DNA of 58,045 nt, the filler included, from Jimgerdemannia flammicorona (taxonomy: Eukaryota), in the NCBI GenBank assembly GCA_003990765.1. It is 3 parts of 3 records of this genome, joined end to end, with 100 filler letters (N's around TTAATTAATTAA, not from the genome) between each part and the next. Parts side by side here need not be neighbours in the genome. Positions count along the whole stretch, not along the records: positions 38,767 to 58,045 come from RBNJ01001986.1; 2 more parts are not named here. One strand, given 5' to 3'. Under the pieces are notes generated by a model that was not told the DNA's origin, made no database searches, and was given only the letters and a program-made list of their open reading frames with translations. This document shows positions 50,288-58,045 of the stretch, piece by piece; position 1 is the first letter of the stretch, and each line of letters starts with the position of its first letter. Made by a program: the position numbers and the translations under genes.

Positions 50288-53200
50288 TCTTCCTCCTGAA
50301 TAAGGATTTTCCTGAGCATCCTTATTCATTAGTCCAGTTCTGAAAAATTTGCTGATCCCATAACCTCTGGCAAGGGGTCAAAAAGTGGTGTTTATGGGCT
50401 AGCGTCTTCCCTTTGTATTTTGGCATGATGGTGAAGAGTCACTCCCTTCATATAGAGCAAGGGCCTGATTCTGATCTTGACCAATCAGTTGATGGTTCGA
50501 ACTCCTCTGACTTCGAAAGTCACATGGATGAATAGTTGCCAGTTCTGTATCTCTTAGAGAATGGTCCAGACAGATAGCCTGCTGGTCACAGGACATGCTA
50601 TTACAATTCATGGACTAGAACCTTGCAGGTGGTCATCACGTTTTACTTCTCTTATATAGGTTCATGGTACTTCTTGAGTCTATTCCTGTATACCATAGTA
50701 GACAGTATGGTCCCTGAGATTTTTCTAAGCCAGAAGGTAGTTCTCTTGATATCTTGCACATAGAAGGGTTCTTCCCATTTGGGCTCCAGTTTTTGTGACC
50801 ATGAGGCTTCTACCATATTTCAATACAGTAGAACCTTTTCTCCGATTTAGATGGGTTCTAGGGCCTTGTGATTCTTTTCCACATTCTTCCTTATCAGCAC
50901 TTGTAACTTGGTGATGTAATCTTCAGGCTTCTTCCTGATTTGGTGTAGTCTCTGGATTTCTGCATCAATCTGTCTCCAAGTTAGGTCTAGATTTGTGGCT
51001 GAGGTTCTATCAGAATCTTCTTCTCCGAAGAGCAGCTCTCTTGGGGTAAAATGTATACTCTGTAACTATATATCTCGTAGAACAGAGAGGGTAGTTGGGA
51101 GATAGTTATCCCAATTCTCATATGTCTCTGAGATCTTTGCTAGGATGTTCTTGAGGGTCTTGTTGGTTCTCTCTGTCTGTCCATTTCCTTGAGGGTGGTA
51201 CATGGTGGTCTTGATGTGCTAGATCTTATATTTCTGATACATTATCTCATAGAATCCATTGACAAATTCTGTTCTACAGTCTGTAGTGATTTGCTTTGGT
51301 GTCTTGTAGCGGCAGATGATTTCTTGGTATAGGAAGTCAGCTATAGAGAGGGCATTGACTTCTTATAATGCTCCTGTCTCTATCTATTTAGTGAAGAGGT
51401 CTACAATAACTATAATATAGCAGTTTCCTAATAGTGTTACTGGTAGTGGTCCAATGATATCCATTGTGATGTGGTGGAAGGAGATAGGCTCAATTCTTGA
51501 TGACCTGGGTGTCTGGTCTTGCTGATCTTGTTTCTGTTTTTGGCACTTGTCACATCCTTTGACAAATTGGCACAGGTCTTCTTCCATCTTGGGCCACCAC
51601 ATAGTTCTTCTTACCTTGTCATGTGTATTGGTTTCTCCTAAGTGTCCTTGCTCATGTACTTTCTTCATTACTTGATACTTCTTGTATTTGGGTATTACTA
51701 GCTTTCCTCCTTTTCTGAGTGTGGTGTTGTCTAATTCAAACTGTTTCCAAGTCCAGTTGATAATAGTAATTGTCTAGGGTTTGAGGTGGTTGAGCATCTT
51801 CCGCTGCCCAAGATAGCTGATTAATCTATAGTATAGCTCCTTATTCATGTTGAATAGTCTTGATAGGGGTGTTTCAGGGTGTTCTTGAGAGTGTATTGGC
51901 ATTGGTATTGGTCTTTCCTGAGTGGTGCTTGATAGTACAGTCATACTCTTGTAGTCTGTAGATCTATCTGGCATATATTCCTTTGGGGTTCAGAGTGTGG
52001 AATAGCCAGGTAAGAGCAGAATGGTCTGTTTAAATGGTGAAGTGTTTTCTGGCTAAGTAGTAGTGGAACTTGTCTACTGCCCAAACTACTGCTAAGTATT
52101 CAAGCTTACATGACTCGTAGTTCTGTTCTGCTCTACAGGTACCTTAGCTTGCATAGGAGATAACATATTCATGTCCATCTTTCTTCTGAGCTAGGACTGC
52201 TCCAAGTCCTATAGCACTCGCGTCTGTCTGCAGGATGAATTCTAGGTTCCAGTCTGGTCTTCTGAGGATGGGTGCTTAGGTCAACCTGGTCTTGAGTTTA
52301 TTGAAGATTTCTTGGTGCTCCTTGGTCTATTTGAATTTGGTCTCCTTCTTCAGTAGCTCATAGATAGGTGCTGCAATGTTGGAGTATCCTTTAATGAATC
52401 TTCTGTAGTAGCTGGCCAGTCCAAGGAAGGTGTGGACTTCTGTAGTTATTCTGGGTCTCAGGTAGGCTTCAATAGCCTCATTCTTCATGGGATCTGTATG
52501 GATTCCAGTCTGGTTGATGAGGTATCCTAGGTAGGTGATTTCTTGAGCTGCAAACTTACATTTCTTAGGCTTGATATAGAGGCCATGCTCCTTGAGCCTC
52601 TTGAGGACTAGCTGTATGTGATTAACATGTTCCCATGCAGTGTTGCTAAAGATGATCACATTATCAACATAGACAAAGAGCCATTTTCCAATCTCATTGC
52701 TGAAGACTCTATTCATCATTTGCTAGAAACTTGCTGGAGTATTGCACATTTCAAATGGCATTTGCAGATAGATATAGGTGGTATCAGGTATGGTGAAGGC
52801 TGATTTCTCACTGGCATCTTGAGTGAGACTAATCTGATGGAAGTCTGAGAACAGATCTAAGGTGGTGTAGTATTTGGCTTTACTTCCAAGAGTGGTAAGG
52901 ATTTCTTGAATATTCGGCAAGGGCTGTCTATCCTTCTTGGTGATGGCATTGAGTTTCCTGTAGTCAATGCAGAGTCTTGGTACAAACTCTCCAGGCTTGC
53001 ATCCTTTCTTCAGAGCTAGGACAATGGGTGAGGCCCAGGGGCTGATAGCTTGCTTGATGATTCTGGCTTCTTCCATTTCCTTGAGTTCTGCTCACAGCCA
53101 CTCTCTGTAGGCAGGTGGTATGGGTCTGGCTTTCTGGTAGATAGACTTGATATCACCAGTGTCAACTTCATAGTAGTACTTGGATTCTTGATTGTGGATA

Positions 53201-55980
53201 TCCCTAAAGTCTATAGCAAGTACTCTTTCATTCTAATACAGAATCTTGAGAAGTTGTTCCTCCAGGGGAAAGTTTTCTTCAATGGTATATATATGCTTGT
53301 TCTGGTCCTTGTCTTTCTTGTGCTCAAGTTCAGTAATCTTGATGGTAGCATAGGCTCCTCTTCCAGTAGATCCAAAGCCTTGTTCTCCTCTCTTAGTCTT
53401 GATGAGTTCAATGGCTTCTATGATCTTTGGCTTCTTGACTTCATGGATCAGCATCTGGCCAATCCTGTCATGCTTCTTGACTTTGAAGGAGGTGGTGTGG
53501 TTGTGATTTCTGACTATGAGGAAGATCTCGCCAGTGTAATTAGGGTCAATTACTTCTCCTTCAACTGAGATTTCACTTTTGGCCAGACTGCTCCTGGTCT
53601 TGATAATTCTGGCATAGTTTTCTGGCAGCTTGACTCCAATTCCAGTGCCAAGTAGGGTGGTGGTCTGTGGTTCAAGGATAGCATCTTAAATGCTAGCAAG
53701 GTCCATTTCTATGGCTCCTTCAGTCTTGTATTCTGGGATCTTGGCTTCAGGGTGAAACTTCTTGACCTTGAGAGTGATGTCTGATTCTTATTCCTCCTCA
53801 TCGTTACTGTCAGCTTGAAGCTCTGGGGGCTGGTCATCTTCTTTGGCTTTCCTTTTTGCTTCAGTGGCTTCTTACTCATATTTCTGTTGGTGGATTTTCC
53901 TGACTTCACTGATACAGGATCAGCAGTCATTCAGGTGTTCTGAGCAGTACATTCTAGTACCATGGGGGCATCTTCCTTGAGGGACATAGTCATCAATGAT
54001 CTTGTTGTACTACTGCTCATCTGTGAGCTTGGGTGTCTTGTTCTTGTTCTTGTTCACCAAGTGCATGAAGACCTCTGTGTTCTCTTCATCTCCTTTCTCT
54101 ATGTCTGATAGGACTCCTTTGTGGACATTGATAGAGACTCATACCTTTCTTCCTCTATAGTTGATCTGCATTTTCTGGGCATTGAGGTCAATGATGGCCT
54201 TGGCCTTGTGAAGCCATTGGTTACAAATAAGAATGTCATAGTTGGTGGCACTTGTAACAATCACATCTACTGGGATAGTAGCTCCTCCTATCTTGATGGG
54301 GACTTCTCAGATTTTGCCAAGGGGGGTAGCTTGTACATATACTATCTGCTATGACATAAACTATCTTGGTGGACTCTTCAATGTCCCAACCTAGGCAGTC
54401 AATTGCCTTCTTGCTCATAAGGCATCCTCCAGCACCAGTATCAATGATAGCATCAAAGATACAATCTTCAATCTGACATAGGATATAGGCTGATGTCTTG
54501 TGCTGGTCTTTGGATTCTTCACCTGAGTTTTTGGATTCTTTCTGTACATTGTGAGCTTCTACAATCTTATACTCTTGATTCTTGGTGGTAGTTGTAAGTT
54601 CTACTCTCAACTGCTGTCTAAAGGCAGGGACTTCAGCTAGCTGTCCAAAGGTAGCATTGACCTTCTGTTTCTTGAGATCCTTGTAGATATCATACTGGTG
54701 GATCTTGGTCTTGCACAGCTTCTGTTTCTTCTTGCTTTCACTTTCTCCTGAGACTGGGGTAGTGTCTTCAATAATTTGGTGAGCAGCTTCATCTAACTCC
54801 ATGTCTTGATCAATCTTCTCAAGTTGGGTCTTGCTTTGAATAGTGATAGCTGGGGTCTTCTTTGGTCTTTCAACTGACTTGCTGTTGCTCTTCTTGTCAT
54901 AGGACTTGGACCAGGTTCTGGTACCTTCAGTAGCAGGGTAGAATTCGAGCTCCTCATAGTATTCTTTATCATCAGTGTCACTGATCTCCTCAATGACTAC
55001 TGCATTGGTTTGTTCTCTAGTTCTGCTAGCATTGCTTAGTTGGGCTTTGCATCTTGTTTCAGTCATACAACTCTTTGCATAGTGGCCTTCTTCTCCACAT
55101 CTGAAGCATGTGATATTGTGTTCTTCTATAGTAGCTGCAAATCTCTGCACTGGTCTCCTGTTAGTACTTCAGACCTCTCTAACAACATCACCAAGGTGTG
55201 CAGTCATCTCAGCAAACTGCTTGGCTAGTTCCTCTACTGGGTCAGCTTTGGCTGTCTTGTGGATAGGTGGGGTTGGTTGTCTGTTTATGACTGTAGTAGG
55301 TAAGATACTAGTTGGCTTTGATGACTCCAACTTGATACCAGTTATTTTCTACATTGAGTATTTGGCAGGGTATCTGGCAGTTCAATATCTCTGTGCAAAG
55401 ACCACTTTCTGATCAAGGGTCAGTGCAGCTGGGGTAGACTGGATTGCTAGGGCAATTTCAGAGTGAACTCCTTTGAGGAAAGTTGAATCCACTATTTATT
55501 CCTTGAGGTGGTCATCATAGCTAGTCAAGACAATCTGGTGGCAAATTCAGGTATAGAATGAGTTGGGATCTTCACTAAGTCCCTGGCAGATAGTATTGAG
55601 TTGATCTTTGAGAGCTTGCTTGATCTCTTTGGTATAATATGTTGTTCTGAGGAAGACCTTCATGTTGGCAAGTTTGGCTGCACCAGCATCAGCAATGGTG
55701 GCTGTATTGAACTTATCTCTGGTAGGTCCTCTAAGGCTGACTGGTAGAAGGGCCAATTGAGCATCCACACCAAGGGCTCATATTGTTCAAAGTCTTCAAT
55801 GAAGGTCAGGATTGACTCTTCAGTAGTATATCTATAGAATATAGGGGGATATATTTTCATCTTGTCTTGAATTCTTGCAGGGGTGACTCTTGTAGTTAGG
55901 GTAGTTGTTGTAGGGGTTGTTCATTTTTCAGCTTGAAAGTGAGGAATTCATCTTGAATCACCAGCCAATGGGCACCAAGT

Positions 55981-56903
55981 TGTCATGTAGTGGTCGCTGA
56001 GTCCTTCAAATATGCCAGATTCTCTTCAAGGTATATCTCTTAGACTAACTCAAGTTTGTTATAAGCAAGTTCTTATTGGAGTATCTTCCCAAGGTCTTAT
56101 AGTCCTCAAACTTCTTATCTTTAACTGTCTTGTTATCTCTTAGATTACTTATAAGAAAGTATGTATAAATGAAACCAGAACTGACTTTATTTCAAAGGAA
56201 ATAAGAGGAGTATTTATATAAAATATAATTCAATGGTTGCAAAGATATAAAGCTAAATATAAATTCCAATAACTAAAACTACTAAGTTCTAGGGTTGGTA
56301 CTGATGGTTGTACAGGTTCAGGATACTGGCATTATTTAGTATTATATCAAAATGCTGATGCTGGAATAATTTCATGTCACCTCAGAATATCAGTGCTGGC
56401 ATTATCCAGTGTAACAAAGAACTTAGAGCAGAAAGTTCAGGACTATGGGGGCTTCATCCTCATCATCATCATCACTAAAGGAGATAAGATCTGCAAATTC
56501 ATCGTTTTCATGTACTTCATCATATGTCTTACATATGTCGATGTTGTGCAGGATGACATCATCGCTGATGATGTCATCATGTTCAGCTGTGGCAGGGAAA
56601 TCGGGAACAAGGAGATCTGGAGCTCTCCAGTCTATGAGGTTCTCTTTCACAAAATAGGGAACAAATGTGAAGTCTTGGGGAGATCTAACCTAGATGCTTG
56701 GGCCTTAAAATACTGAGATCAATCCTTGCAGGAATTGGTCTGGGTTGTTCTGAAGGATAGGGTACTAGAAGTCTTCTACTTCTTCACTATTGAGAGTGAT
56801 AGTGGACTGGGCTTCTGTAGCCACCCTGGCTTCTAGGTCATTGATATGGCAGGATGATAGATCTCTGAAGTCTGAGACTCTAATATACTCCAAGTTGGGG
56901 ATC
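55981..56903 (-). repeat. 5' LTR of Gypsy-B (interrupted by retroposon X)
   Basis: Direct repeat of 48767-49690; homology stops at the start of element X. Confidence 0.85.
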
Positions 56904-58045
56904 ATCTCCTTTCTCCACTACCTTACTGGTCACAAGGTTTGGTAGGTGACCTTCCGAGTCCCCTTTCCCCTATTATTACTCCCTCTACCTCAGGTTGGTT
57001 TGCTGTGCCTACAGGGGCATGGTGGGAGGAGGGCAATGGTGATGAGTTGCCCCTTTATTGGTGTCGGATCGGTGCTTCCTCTACTTTTTCATAGATTCTA
57101 GTGCCTTCAGCTGCATCTGGGGTATACCCGTTTTGGTACAGCACCTTCTTCCTTTTGCCGTTGCCAACTAGGAGTTGTCTCGGTGTGTCTTGGACTACAT
57201 AGGGAGTTGGCCGACCTTGGGCATCAAGTGCTCAGTATAGGTTATCTGCAGGTCCTCGGTGCCTGTGGTGGGGCCCTCTGGCTTTGGCAAGCTTCCCGGC
57301 AAGCACAGTTCTGGCATAGGTGATTGTTTTTTGGGTAGTGTCGGAATGGAAGGGGAGATGGCTGTCACAGATAGAAGGATGAGTAATTACGGTGAACCAG
57401 TGGAGTGCCAGGCTGGGGGCAGTCATCAGGACTGGGGCAGATACTGCTTCAGTGGGGCCTTTTGATTGGTGCAGTGCAGTTAGATGGTAAGTGTCACTAT
57501 CAGCTTCTTTTGGTGGTCAGCAGGGTTGGGCCCCAGTCATCAGGGGGGGTTAGGAGGCCCGAGGCTACCCATTTCAGATATCTTGGCTGCACTCAACTAG
57601 AACCAGAAGCTGATATGATAACGTGATTGAGGCCCACAGGCTTGAGTAGTGGGGTATTGGGGGTTTCCTCCCACCTCATGTATAAGTCCTTTACTTACCT
57701 CAACTGGGAGAACCAGGCCCTACCCACCGTGTTGTACTTTGATGAGGGTTTTTTCTTTGCCTGTCATTCTCTTTGGGGTGGCAGGGGCTATTCTATTTAG
57801 CTTGGGTATAGTCTTGTATATATGTTGGGTTCTCAGGCATACACTTTTGGTTGTTGGCATATGGTTGGGTTTCCCCTGGTAGTAGAGAGAGCATGGTGCG
57901 CAGAATGAGGTATGGGCCTATATTGGCCCTACTGTGCCTGGTATGGTTGAGCTGCTAGACAATAGCTAGCCTAGATTAATGGGGGGGCAGTGCTTGGTGG
58001 GTGGTGGGGGAGAGTTTTGGCCTATATAGTCTAGGTTCCCTTCCA
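56904..58045 (+). mobile_element. Retroposon X copy (runs off the right edge)
   Basis: Reverse-complement match to 45998-47138 from the same 5' end ctcctttctccactacc. Confidence 0.85.

Larger units (their letters stand above)
48767..56903 (-). mobile_element. Ty3/Gypsy family B, near full length (LTR-PBS-gag-PR-dUTPase-RT-RH-IN-PPT-LTR)
   Basis: gag from about 55860 with CFRCGEEGHYAKSC; protease AIIDTGA; dUTPase about 53365-53745; RT SPWASPIVL/RLCIDYRKLN; integrase HEQGH..CDKC and DIIGPLP; PBS-like TGGTGCCCATTGGCTGG just inside 55981; PPT AGGAGGAAGA at 50288-50297. Confidence 0.93.

Overview
Intron-containing eukaryotic DNA, most likely fungal (short GT-AG introns, repeat-rich; the taxon cannot be fixed from sequence alone). 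The window is three contigs joined by artificial N44-TTAATTAATTAA-N44 spacers (19285-19384, 38667-38766), so adjacency across those points is not guaranteed. Contig 1 has about 4.3 kb of decayed, CpG-depleted repeat DNA with a foldback hAT-type MITE. A CpG-rich gene island follows, carrying a tandemly triplicated head-to-head two-gene module. Each unit pairs a six-exon atypical Hsp70 (HSPA12-like; 599 aa, 584 aa, third copy cut by the gap) with a four-exon ~300-aa coiled-coil protein whose C-terminal 'V-C-F-P-G-I...W-K-S-K-V-W' end resembles Mieap/GIL1/GrpE-type head domains. All five complete gene models splice in frame. Between paralogues the Hsp70 ATPase domain is about 90% identical, while the Hsp70 C-terminal domain and the partner protein are strongly diverged. 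This pattern suggests a diversifying, dedicated chaperone/co-factor recognition system and is the main candidate novelty. Contigs 2 and 3 are nested, hypermutated retroelements: Tx1/L1-group LINEs, two Ty3/Gypsy families, and a ~1.2-kb non-coding poly(A)/TSD retroposon in several copies. Both Gypsy families encode a dUTPase and a homologous extra ORF, which in one family lies inside the LTR.
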